This document shows, piece by piece, positions 54,200 through 63,346 of a DNA stretch of 64,000 bases (position 1 is the stretch's first letter; each line of letters starts with the position of its first letter). The stretch comes from Pseudomonas phage BRkr, in the sequence record LC765218.1; one strand, written 5' to 3'. The translations under genes and the position numbers were made by a program. The notes below the pieces were generated by a model, which was not told where the DNA came from, ran no database searches, and worked only from the letters and a program-made list of their open reading frames with translations.

Positions 54200-55243
54200 T
54201 CAACTTGGATTGTATCCGCGTGTTAGGTTACCGCCGGCCATTTGGTCGTAGATAGACTTAGGTACGTGCCATTCTAATTCCATATTCGCACTATTAATGT
54301 ACGGGTAGGCCTGGAAGTTAAACCATTTCTTTTCATGCTGTCGTAACTTTTGTGTCAAACGCCCACGGTTGTTATCTCGCATCAGCGGGTTAAATGTTTC
54401 AACAAGATCATTAAACTCATAGATCAAGATATGATCGTAAATTGTCATTCCCATGCAACGGAAACTAAAGTTGAGTTGATCACTTGCAGTTTGGAACGGT
54501 GTCTCTGCTCCATCACCAGTAAAGTTAATAATTTGACCAGTTGGAGCATTCATTGGTAAAGCAGCACCACATGCAGCAATACGGGTTACAAATGTTTTAG
54601 TGGAGTCCATTACCAGGCGATAGATACGCGTGTTGGCATCGTATTCATTAAGCATCAATAAATCGGGATAGGGTAGGATACGACCTTCTCTATTAAGTCC
54701 CATATAGACTAGCCAGATCTTGAACATCCATGTTATAGGATCTCCAGCAATATTGCGGAATGTCGCCTGTAAATCGTAGGTGTTGTACTGATATGGCACG
54801 TCGTCCACATAGGACATTACGTCACGGTAAACACCGGGTGTTGTGGTACCGAGATTAATAGTAAAATCTTCCCAACCAGTAAGACTAATCAAGTTGTTAC
54901 TAAGAAGGGGGATAAACGGGTTAAGAGGATCTACTCCACCGCACCATGCTGTGCCACCTTCACTATGTGCTCTCGGATCCAAATATGCCCTAACCATACG
55001 CTCGATACTCTGTGGGTTAGGATTCAGGATCATGGACAGTCGCCTGTCCACCATGCAGTTATCTTCAGCCAGGTTCAGTAATGGACGGGTAAAGAAAGTA
55101 TAACCATGGTTTTCTGTATTTAACGAAATCGCATTGTTACGACCTGTGATGTTCAGGCCTTTGAATGAATCTTCAATGGAACGATCACGCGGCGACATCC
55201 CAATGTTTTGTGTAATTTGCGTTAGATAATCACTTAATGCCAT
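54200..55243 (-). CDS. hypothetical protein
   Basis: 347 aa; first gene of a leftward two-gene operon. Confidence 0.55.
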   Translation of the reverse strand: MALSDYLTQITQNIGMSPRDRSIEDSFKGLNITGRNNAISLNTENHGYTFFTRPLLNLAEDNCMVDRRLSMILNPNPQSIERMVRAYLDPRAHSEGGTAWCGGVDPLNPFIPLLSNNLISLTGWEDFTINLGTTTPGVYRDVMSYVDDVPYQYNTYDLQATFRNIAGDPITWMFKIWLVYMGLNREGRILPYPDLLMLNEYDANTRIYRLVMDSTKTFVTRIAACGAALPMNAPTGQIINFTGDGAETPFQTASDQLNFSFRCMGMTIYDHILIYEFNDLVETFNPLMRDNNRGRLTQKLRQHEKKWFNFQAYPYINSANMELEWHVPKSIYDQMAGGNLTRGYNPS

Positions 55244-55245
55244 TT

Positions 55246-55260
55246 TTCAAATCTCTGTGA
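55246..55260 (+). promoter_or_regulatory. possible promoter variant ttcaaatctctgtga
   Basis: Resembles the ttcaaatctatatcat flank of the 3934 and 13954 motifs; 20 nt upstream of ATG 55281 in a divergent intergenic region. Confidence 0.25.
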
Positions 55261-55280
55261 ACAAATGAAGGAAGAGAACG

Positions 55281-56465
55281 ATGCCACTACCAATCGTAGC
55301 TAGTGCTATGGCTGGCGCAGCAGGCGCTGCTGCCGGTAGCCAAGCTTTTAAAGGTCTTATGACCACAGTCCTTAATGCGACCAAAAATAGCATGGAGATT
55401 AACTCCCTTGCAGATTTGACTCGCCCATGTCGAGTTGAACCACTTGCTATTATTGATAGCGTTCTGGTCGACCAACCTTACATGCAAGATATCCTTAAAA
55501 TGGCACTTAGCCAATTCGCCGGATATTATCTGCAAGCTGTTAATATGGTTCTTGGTGTAGGCAAAATCGATACTCTCAAAGTATTCGATAGCCTGAACCC
55601 GTACCGTTCTATTGGTGCTGATGTTAGTGGCGCTGTCTTCTCGAAAGAAAATTACATGAACGGTTTCCCGTCCCTCGAAGCGTTCAACCAAAAGATCCGT
55701 CCTGAACTGATTGCTGAATACTCTCAAGAAGCGTATGAGCAATCAAAAGACGATGATCGTAAGAAGGGTGATAGGGAAAAGAAAGAAGCTGCACCACGGA
55801 TGTCTTCGGGTGATACTCAGAAAGTATACGAAACCGAAAACCTCGCTGTGGGTAAACTACTGAACGTTGAAATTACCGATGGTGATGCTAAGGCTAAACT
55901 GCCTGTACTCATCCGTCTCATTCCGGCAGCAGTTCCGTCGCAGACTCTTACTCATATCTTTAGTGCCGGCGGACGTGATACTTGGAGCCATCGTCTGTTC
56001 CTGGTTAAAACTGGACAGATTCGTTTCTGGCGCGACTTCGTTCTTGGACAGGATATGATTGATGCACACTTTGCAGCTCTGATTTCCGATAAGTCCGGCG
56101 TTTACAAAGAGATCACTGATCGTCGTCGTAATAACCTGAGCAAGTCTGTTCAGACTGGTCGTGTTTCTATGGCAGATGCTTCTAACATTGCTGTCGTTTC
56201 GTCTACCACGATGAAAACAACTGCCAATGCTCTTTACGGTAAACTAGAAGATCCGAATACCCGTCGTAAGATCTTCGATAATAGCTATCTACTCATGTTG
56301 ATCGTTGTTGATGAACGTTGGCAGCGTGTTACTATTTATCACCGTGGTGTGGATATTGCATCTAGCTTCCGCATCGATGAAGTGAAGATGGCTGAGAAAT
56401 CTAAAGGTCAAGACATCACTGAAATCTTTAAGATGTTCAGCAAACAGATGCAAACCAACATTTAA
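55281..56465 (+). CDS. hypothetical protein
   Basis: 394 aa; GAAGGAAG RBS. Confidence 0.55.
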   Translation: MPLPIVASAMAGAAGAAAGSQAFKGLMTTVLNATKNSMEINSLADLTRPCRVEPLAIIDSVLVDQPYMQDILKMALSQFAGYYLQAVNMVLGVGKIDTLKVFDSLNPYRSIGADVSGAVFSKENYMNGFPSLEAFNQKIRPELIAEYSQEAYEQSKDDDRKKGDREKKEAAPRMSSGDTQKVYETENLAVGKLLNVEITDGDAKAKLPVLIRLIPAAVPSQTLTHIFSAGGRDTWSHRLFLVKTGQIRFWRDFVLGQDMIDAHFAALISDKSGVYKEITDRRRNNLSKSVQTGRVSMADASNIAVVSSTTMKTTANALYGKLEDPNTRRKIFDNSYLLMLIVVDERWQRVTIYHRGVDIASSFRIDEVKMAEKSKGQDITEIFKMFSKQMQTNI

Positions 56466-56480
56466 CCAAGGACATGACCA

Positions 56481-57374
56481 ATGAGTATTCTTAACTATGT
56501 CCAGCAGCTTGCACCTGTAATGGAGCGCCGTCAACTGCTGAACGTTCTGGATCAACTCCAGACCGAATATGACGATACCCTTGCCCCGATTGTTTCTGAT
56601 GTTCGGGAAGCTTTCCAAGGTATCCCGCTGAAGTCTAACCTCGCCAAACGAATGGAAAACGTTCTTCGTCGTGGTATTACTTTTAACCAGCCGGCTATCG
56701 ATCTGATGCTGGGTTCTCTCGATAACATCCGTGGTAACTTCGAAGTTATTCGTAAAGAAATCCGTAGTCTATTCTCGATCCAATTCACTAATACAAACCT
56801 GACATTCGATCGAGCTAACATGCTCAAGTTCATCGAAGGTCTGGCTTTCTATATTCGATTTGGCCGTAAATATCTACTGTTCCTTGTTGCCCAAGAAGCT
56901 GCCCTACATGGGAAGGCTACCCGCGCTGCATGGACGTCGGCTGAGTCCGATTGGATCGATACCAACATGGAACAGTTCGCTGCACTGTATCCGGCGATGA
57001 CTCTTCAACCTCAAGCACTGAAGCAAAAGCTTAATGCTGCTTCTAATGCTACAGTTGACGAATCGACTTTCCAAGTTGCACAGCAGAATCTTGGACTTAC
57101 CAAAACTGATCCTCTGGGTATGGCTGGTTTCTCTCCTCGTCAGAATCCCTTCTTGATCATCGGTAAGCTGATTGCAGAGATGCAGGCTGAGCGATATAAC
57201 GTGGCACAAGAAGAGTACTATGGTCTTCAACTTCGGTTGGAAGAACTACGTGCACTTCTAGCTAAAGAACCGACCAGCCCTGTTCTGCAAAAACAGATCG
57301 AAGCTTACGAGCGTCGTATCTCCGCGTATGAATACGAGATCAATAAGATCGAAGAACGCGCTGGCGTACAATAA
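56481..57374 (+). CDS. hypothetical protein
   Basis: 297 aa; AAGGA RBS. Confidence 0.55.
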   Translation: MSILNYVQQLAPVMERRQLLNVLDQLQTEYDDTLAPIVSDVREAFQGIPLKSNLAKRMENVLRRGITFNQPAIDLMLGSLDNIRGNFEVIRKEIRSLFSIQFTNTNLTFDRANMLKFIEGLAFYIRFGRKYLLFLVAQEAALHGKATRAAWTSAESDWIDTNMEQFAALYPAMTLQPQALKQKLNAASNATVDESTFQVAQQNLGLTKTDPLGMAGFSPRQNPFLIIGKLIAEMQAERYNVAQEEYYGLQLRLEELRALLAKEPTSPVLQKQIEAYERRISAYEYEINKIEERAGVQ

Positions 57375-57384
57375 GGAGTTGACA

Positions 57385-57918
57385 ATGCCTACTAATGCAG
57401 TCAAACCTTTCGATGCTAATCGTGAGTATTCTGGCGGTCAAGCTAAAGCTCAACAACGTTTCACTATGCGCCAAGGTGATCCGCGTGTTGTTGAACTTAT
57501 GGTTGAATATACCAACTTTCCTCGCCGCGCTGTGTATTGGGAATTCCGTAAACGTGTAATTGATCTCGCTCTTATTAAATTCTCGGGTAACTATAACTGG
57601 TTTATCCGTCAAGATAATAATGCCATGATTGCTGATCACAATTACGCATTCCTGCAAGATACTGTACGGTTTATTGCCACAGGTAAACGTCGAGTGAATA
57701 TCCATGCATGGCCAATGCTACTTACAGCAGAACCGCCAGCGGGTGTTCAACTAATCGAAGATCGTCGGGATATCGCTGAACTTTTCTTAAGCTACAATCT
57801 TTCTCCGAACGAGAACGACATGCTTCAGGAATGGCTCAAGAAGAAAGGTGGCTTCGATGATCTCATGTACACAATGAACATGTTGTTTGGTAGTGTACCT
57901 GAAAAAATCAATAAGTAA
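57385..57918 (+). CDS. hypothetical protein
   Basis: ORF 57328-57918 trimmed to ATG 57385 with AAGGAG RBS. Confidence 0.5.
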   Translation: MPTNAVKPFDANREYSGGQAKAQQRFTMRQGDPRVVELMVEYTNFPRRAVYWEFRKRVIDLALIKFSGNYNWFIRQDNNAMIADHNYAFLQDTVRFIATGKRRVNIHAWPMLLTAEPPAGVQLIEDRRDIAELFLSYNLSPNENDMLQEWLKKKGGFDDLMYTMNMLFGSVPEKINK

Positions 57919-57928
57919 GGAGGGGTCC

Positions 57929-59227
57929 ATGGTTGACTCAGTTAACCATTCCCAACCTAACGCAGTCGACGGGGTAACACCCGTCGATCTGTCCGTCTCG
58001 ATTGAAGATGAATTCAACGAGTTCGATGCTTGTGCTGAAAAACTTGATAAGTTAATGATGGGGATGGAAACCATAGAGCGACTCGATACATTTATCCAGT
58101 CTAACTATGACACAGCCAGTCCTGAGATGTTAGCTTATGCTGTTGAGAAATTCGGTCTCACTGACGTTGTCTCTACAGAAGACATTAGTGATTCGAGCAT
58201 GCAGGTTTGGGAACGTACTAAGTTAGAAATAAAGAGAGCGAATAGTGACCTATATGGCTACGCTAAAGTACTGATGGCTGGTATAGATCGTACTGTAGAA
58301 CGAATCACTATGCTTTATGAGATGGCTTCGAACTTAAATGGAACTAAACCATTTAAATCGGAGATTGAACTGAGAAAGGCAAAAAAGTTTAATATCAATG
58401 GCGAGTTTAAACCATTGGATATTCGACCTGTTCTGGAACAAACACAAAACACCATTGATTTCTATGATAAGGTGTTCATGCCTTATCTCACTGCGATCGA
58501 CAAAACATTCAATAATCTTACCCTTGATCAAGAGTGGACAGATGACTCCACTATTCGGTTTGAAATATTCAATGCGAAACGTTGGATGAAGGGGGCTATT
58601 GAAGTCGACCAAGACGACAGGTTTAGAGTCAATGCTACTTTGTTCCGTTCTGAGTTAACTCAGGGTAATAAGGCTCTTTATTTCTCTGGTCCGAGTGAAA
58701 CTAAGACTGAGCAACTTAAAGATTGGCAGTTTATGGTAAACTCCATTCGGGACTTCCGTTTTAAGTATTACACTGTACCAGAACAGAAACCATTAAATGA
58801 GCAAGATAACAAAGTTGAAGTGTCGAATATAAACGCTGTTCGTCAGCGTTTAGGAGTACTACTTGGGTTAGCTAAACGCTTACAATCGCGCAAAGGCTAT
58901 GACCAAAAGATCTCTGCTCAACTTCGTAAACTTGAACAATCCGCTGAAAAGATTAGAGTAAAAGCTGGACAACTTCGCCAAAGTCAAGGTCGTAAAAAAC
59001 CTGGCGCTGAGGAAAGAGATGAAGCCCGGCCATCCGTATCTAATGTCGTTAACGATCTAACAATGATCCTTAATAATGTCATGCGGATGATCATTGACTA
59101 TAACAACACTCTCGCTGGTATGATTCGCTTAATTGCAGGTTTGGCTATGGTAGCCGACCTTGAACTTAAGGCGTATCAGGCTCCTCTTCGCAAACCTACG
59201 GAAGAAGAACAGAAGCGTTTGGGTTGA
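57929..59227 (+). CDS. hypothetical protein, possible distant member of the paralogous family
   Basis: ORF 57887-59227 trimmed to ATG 57929 with AAGGAGGGG RBS; acidic N-terminal segment. Confidence 0.5.
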   Translation: MVDSVNHSQPNAVDGVTPVDLSVSIEDEFNEFDACAEKLDKLMMGMETIERLDTFIQSNYDTASPEMLAYAVEKFGLTDVVSTEDISDSSMQVWERTKLEIKRANSDLYGYAKVLMAGIDRTVERITMLYEMASNLNGTKPFKSEIELRKAKKFNINGEFKPLDIRPVLEQTQNTIDFYDKVFMPYLTAIDKTFNNLTLDQEWTDDSTIRFEIFNAKRWMKGAIEVDQDDRFRVNATLFRSELTQGNKALYFSGPSETKTEQLKDWQFMVNSIRDFRFKYYTVPEQKPLNEQDNKVEVSNINAVRQRLGVLLGLAKRLQSRKGYDQKISAQLRKLEQSAEKIRVKAGQLRQSQGRKKPGAEERDEARPSVSNVVNDLTMILNNVMRMIIDYNNTLAGMIRLIAGLAMVADLELKAYQAPLRKPTEEEQKRLG

Positions 59228-59236
59228 TGACATATT

Positions 59237-59267
59237 GGGGAACCACACGGTTCCCCTTTATGCTATG
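59237..59267 (+). terminator. hairpin + CTTTATGCTATG element
   Basis: ggggaacc-acac-ggttcccc then tttatgctatg; the same 13-mer ccctttatgctatgt recurs at 61970. Confidence 0.5.
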
Positions 59268-59295
59268 TTATCTATTCACATGTCAGAGAATCGAA

Positions 59296-61950
59296 ATGAC
59301 TATTCACAATCTGAACAAACATCTTGGTGGTGGTAAAGCCACCTCCTCAAACGAAGCTATTGCTGATGGCGTAGCTCGCGAAGTACCAGTTGATACAGTT
59401 GATACTTCTGTAAAAGCCTTGGCCACTACCAAAGATCTACCAGAAAATCCAGAAGAAGGTGCTGTTTATCACGTTAACGGTGTTGACTGGGTATTCGTTA
59501 AAGGTGAATGGGTCACGCGTCAAGGTATTTATGGCCACGAAGATTTTGGCGATGCGCATGAACCTCTGTGGGATGGTACTGGTGAGAAACCTAATATCGA
59601 AACACAGAGAGCAGAATCTGAAGTTGTCCGAGAAAATAGTGATGAACCTGCAATCACTCCTGAGGGTACCAATGAGTCCACGGAACAGGTTGTAAGTGAA
59701 ACTGAACAAGTTGAAGAAGTAGTTGAAGAAAACGTTACTCCTGAACCTATCGTTAATCCAGCCTCTCCTAGTGAGACTATGGAAGAAGCTACTTCTGAAA
59801 CGGAAGCCGAGAGTGAGTCAGTGGTTGAACCCACCGTACATGAACAGGTAGAAGCCCATGAAGCAGCAGCTAACCCCATCGAAGAGATTGAGGAAAGCGA
59901 GACCCAGGAAGAAGAGAAACCCTCGACAGAAAACGTTGACGGGGAACCTCTAGCTCATCCCGTTGAAGAAGATAAGCCTGTTGAAGTAATGGAACCTTCT
60001 GATGTGGGTATGTGTGAAGAAACTATGTTGGCACATGATCGCATCGGTCAAGTGGCGAATAGTATCGATCAGTTGCATACAGCACAGACTGCTCTAGAAG
60101 CTTATCACGATGTCGTTAAGACTGGTCGTGTATCTAAGCAATCTGCCGCAGTACTTCATAAAGGTCTTGTTCATATTGATCGGACTTTTAATCTCAAGGT
60201 CAAAGCAACAGGACTTGAGGCATTCGATACTACTCCTCGTTCGGCAATGGAATCTGTCGATATTGATGGTGAGACTATCACTGGACGAATGAAGCAGATC
60301 GGTGGGGCAGTCTACAAAAAGATTCAAGAACTTCTCGCCAAGCTGATCGAATACATTAAGAACTTTGATCTAAAGCGTAAACAATCTGAAGCTAAAGTAG
60401 ACAAGCTGCTTTCTCAGATCAGTGATGTACCGCGCAACGCGATTCCTGAAAACGAAAAGATTAAAGTATCGAAAGCTAAGTTCTTCTATGCTGGCGGTAA
60501 ATTCGTTGGCACTGATACAAGTGCAGAAGTAGCTGTTATTGATCTAGCTGTATCTGCTGCCATGGCAATGCAGTCTAACGTTGTATTCCTTGGTCAACAA
60601 CTTGCTAAGATGGAAGCGACTAGTGATGGTGTGAACGAGTTCAGAAATGTTATTGAAACACGGCTGAGTCAGAACCGTGATCACGTTGAGAAAGATCTTC
60701 CAGGTGGTGGTAAAATCATTCGAGAAGGCCATGCCCTTATTCTTGAGCGTGGTGAAGATGAACATGCAGGTGAAGAACTAGATGCTCTTTCTCGTACTGA
60801 TATCGAGAAAGCTTTGAAGTCACTTCAGAAGTTCTATCAGAATGCAGGTAAGTCTGACCGTATTTCTCGAATTGTAGATTCTGCTCGTACTAAGTCACAA
60901 GAAGCAATTAAAGCTGCACGTACTGGTGGTGATGAACGTTATGTTCAAGAGCTACAACAACTTTACGTTACAGCTGTAGCAGATATGATCAAAGAGATGA
61001 ATCTCCAGATGGTAACTGCTCTTGTTACTTATACGTCTTCTGGTAAAGCCATGTATCTTGAAGCATGCCTTGAGAACCTTAAAGTGCAAGGTGCTGGCAT
61101 GGAGTCTCACGATCCGTTCGTATTCTCTAATGAAGGCCTCTTTACCGAAATCGGTCACTTCTTCAACGCTATGATTCATGGGCGTAAAGAAGATCTTAAG
61201 CCAGAGCAGTACAATGCGGTTAAGAGCAAGATCTCTAAAACGTTTGGTGATCCGAATTGGCTGAAGAATCGTCGTTTCATTGAAGGCGATATTAAGTTCA
61301 AAGGAGATCCTTCTCTTGGGGATAACTTCAAACAAGTAATCGCTAAGGCAGTTGGTCAACTTAACCAGGCTGCCCGTGGTAACGCAGCTGTGTTTACCCG
61401 AGCTGCTAACTCCGTTAAGCCATATACTGACTTCCTAATCAAGATGGAATATCGTAACCATCCTGAGAAGACTCAGAAAATGTACGACGGCATGCCAAGC
61501 TTTGATAAGAATAAGTTCAAACCCGTTAAATATAACAGTGGTATGGCACATTCTTACGTAGACGTTACTCTTCCTGCAATGACTCCAGAACAGGTAGCCT
61601 CAGCCGCAGATGAGATCATTAAAGCTATTGATTATATCACTGGCTATTGGAAAACATCTATGGGCAAAGAGTGGTGGGATACTTTCAACGTTGAGAATGA
61701 GTACGGTCTATTTGGTCGATTTATTCCAGCGCACATGGAAGGTTCCGGTAAGTACACGGATGTTATCCGTAACATTGCTACGTACACTAAAGGTGAAGAC
61801 CAGAAATGGTGTGTTAAGCTTGCCAGTAAGATTGCTGAATTCGCTGATGATGGCGAAGCCACATTCTTCAAAGAAGGCGGTGGTCAGTGGGAATTCTATT
61901 TCACTTACATCCGCGGTCTAATCAACTGGATGGATGCTTCCACCCGTTAA
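59296..61950 (+). CDS. paralogous-family protein with a long acidic Glu/Thr/Pro-rich N-terminal region (inner-body-like)
   Basis: In-frame ATG 59296 chosen over 59224 because a terminator hairpin and TTTATG element lie between them; residues ~130-260 are about 35 percent Glu; conserved block SAAVLHKGLVHIDRTFNLKVKATGLEAF. Confidence 0.55.
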   Translation: MTIHNLNKHLGGGKATSSNEAIADGVAREVPVDTVDTSVKALATTKDLPENPEEGAVYHVNGVDWVFVKGEWVTRQGIYGHEDFGDAHEPLWDGTGEKPNIETQRAESEVVRENSDEPAITPEGTNESTEQVVSETEQVEEVVEENVTPEPIVNPASPSETMEEATSETEAESESVVEPTVHEQVEAHEAAANPIEEIEESETQEEEKPSTENVDGEPLAHPVEEDKPVEVMEPSDVGMCEETMLAHDRIGQVANSIDQLHTAQTALEAYHDVVKTGRVSKQSAAVLHKGLVHIDRTFNLKVKATGLEAFDTTPRSAMESVDIDGETITGRMKQIGGAVYKKIQELLAKLIEYIKNFDLKRKQSEAKVDKLLSQISDVPRNAIPENEKIKVSKAKFFYAGGKFVGTDTSAEVAVIDLAVSAAMAMQSNVVFLGQQLAKMEATSDGVNEFRNVIETRLSQNRDHVEKDLPGGGKIIREGHALILERGEDEHAGEELDALSRTDIEKALKSLQKFYQNAGKSDRISRIVDSARTKSQEAIKAARTGGDERYVQELQQLYVTAVADMIKEMNLQMVTALVTYTSSGKAMYLEACLENLKVQGAGMESHDPFVFSNEGLFTEIGHFFNAMIHGRKEDLKPEQYNAVKSKISKTFGDPNWLKNRRFIEGDIKFKGDPSLGDNFKQVIAKAVGQLNQAARGNAAVFTRAANSVKPYTDFLIKMEYRNHPEKTQKMYDGMPSFDKNKFKPVKYNSGMAHSYVDVTLPAMTPEQVASAADEIIKAIDYITGYWKTSMGKEWWDTFNVENEYGLFGRFIPAHMEGSGKYTDVIRNIATYTKGEDQKWCVKLASKIAEFADDGEATFFKEGGGQWEFYFTYIRGLINWMDASTR

Positions 61951-61955
61951 AGCAT

Positions 61956-61983
61956 GGGGAGCTTCGGCTCCCTTTATGCTATG
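61956..61983 (+). terminator. hairpin + CTTTATGCTATG element
   Basis: ggggagc-ttcg-gctcccc (6 bp plus one G:T wobble) then tttatgctatg. Confidence 0.5.
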
Positions 61984-62009
61984 TAAACTAATTCTATTTC
62001 GAGGCTAAC

Positions 62010-63272
62010 ATGCTTGACACTGAAATGCCCTGTACTGTAAATACAGAACCTGCTGAAACAATCATCGAACCAGCGGAAGATATCCAGGTAGAGATTGAAG
62101 ACGTATCTGATTTCCAAAACGATGTAGCTGAACAAGAAGTTGTAGAATCCGAAGACCTCGAAGGTGTCGCTGAATCTCTAGAAGCTTATTCTCAACTCCT
62201 TAAACAAGCTGGTGACAAAGGTATCACTAAACAATCTGCTGCAATGATGCGAATTGGCATGAAACAGATTGATGCGCGGCTCAATATCAAACGAGAAGCA
62301 CTTAGCCTGGAAGGCTTTAAAACGTGCACTATGCGCGATGGACTACAAACCACTACTGTTTCCATGGAAGATGTCAAAGAGCGCGTTAAAGAGCTTGGTA
62401 AGCGCATTGTAGAGTTCATTGCTAGGCTGATTGAACGAGCGAAGGCGATTTACCAAAAACTGGCTGGTCCTAAAGTTAAAACACAAAAGGCAGCACAACA
62501 ACTAATTGCTGCTTCTCGTGCCTTCCCTGCTTATCCTGGCGGTAAGATGCGTGGCTCTGTTCCAGAAAATGTTTCGGAAGATCTTAAGAAGAAAGCTGCT
62601 GAGATTAAAGAGCGTAAAGGTGATATCGACGAAGAATCTAAGAAGATTCGTATTGAAGATACCACTAACATTGTTGCCGATGGAGAGAACACTTACGACA
62701 CCATCGCAACTGAAAAGGCTTACGCTGTATTCCTCTACGATCGTCTTCCCAAAGCACTAATGTCCGTGATGAAATTTGCCAAAGATAATGTTGGTAAAGG
62801 CGATGCTTCTGAATATATTGAAAGTGTTCTAGATCACACCCACAGTGAAATGACAAAAGTTGTTCAAGCCTCTATCGGTCAAGATTTCCTACCCGGTAGT
62901 ATCCGTCTTTCGTGGGATATGGAAAACCTAGGCTTTAAGATTATTCATGGTACTGACTCGAATGGACCTATTGAGGTTGATCTCCGTCCAGCAAGTGCTA
63001 TCACTAAATTTGCTCAGGAATGTGAAACTGTTCTAGCTGTCATGACCGATGATGCATCTGTAAATCGGCACAATGGTGAACTTCAACAGCTATCGGACTC
63101 CCTCGGTGCAAAACTAGTGACTGAGCTGGACGACCCAGCTGTATTTGGTGCCATCACAAGTCTAATCACTAAGATCCGTTCTCTCGATGTTCTTGCTCAA
63201 GTTGAACGTCAGATTGTTACCTCTGTTTTTGCGAAACTAGCTATCGCTAAACACGAGCTAACTAAGTACTAA
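62010..63272 (+). CDS. paralogous-family protein (inner-body-like)
   Basis: GAGG RBS; acidic N-terminus; SAAMMRIGMKQIDARLNIKREALSLEGF...RVKELGKRIVEFIARLIERAK parallels the 59296 block. Confidence 0.55.
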   Translation: MLDTEMPCTVNTEPAETIIEPAEDIQVEIEDVSDFQNDVAEQEVVESEDLEGVAESLEAYSQLLKQAGDKGITKQSAAMMRIGMKQIDARLNIKREALSLEGFKTCTMRDGLQTTTVSMEDVKERVKELGKRIVEFIARLIERAKAIYQKLAGPKVKTQKAAQQLIAASRAFPAYPGGKMRGSVPENVSEDLKKKAAEIKERKGDIDEESKKIRIEDTTNIVADGENTYDTIATEKAYAVFLYDRLPKALMSVMKFAKDNVGKGDASEYIESVLDHTHSEMTKVVQASIGQDFLPGSIRLSWDMENLGFKIIHGTDSNGPIEVDLRPASAITKFAQECETVLAVMTDDASVNRHNGELQQLSDSLGAKLVTELDDPAVFGAITSLITKIRSLDVLAQVERQIVTSVFAKLAIAKHELTKY

Positions 63273-63279
63273 CATAAAT

Positions 63280-63312
63280 GCCCTCCCTATGGAGGGCTTT
63301 ATGACTGCTATG
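63280..63312 (+). terminator. hairpin + CTTTATGACTGCTATG element (aacataaa left flank)
   Basis: aacataaat-gccctcc-ctat-ggagggc-tttatgactgctatg. Confidence 0.5.
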
Positions 63313-63346
63313 CCAAATTCTATGTTTAACATAACGAGAAATCAAA

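Noticed and set aside
59224-59295. Upstream in-frame ATG (59224) as start of the 908-aa ORF
   Set aside because: It would place a terminator hairpin and the TTTATG element inside the coding region and overlap the upstream stop. The ATG at 59296 with a 5' UTR after the TTTATG core is more consistent with the other late genes.
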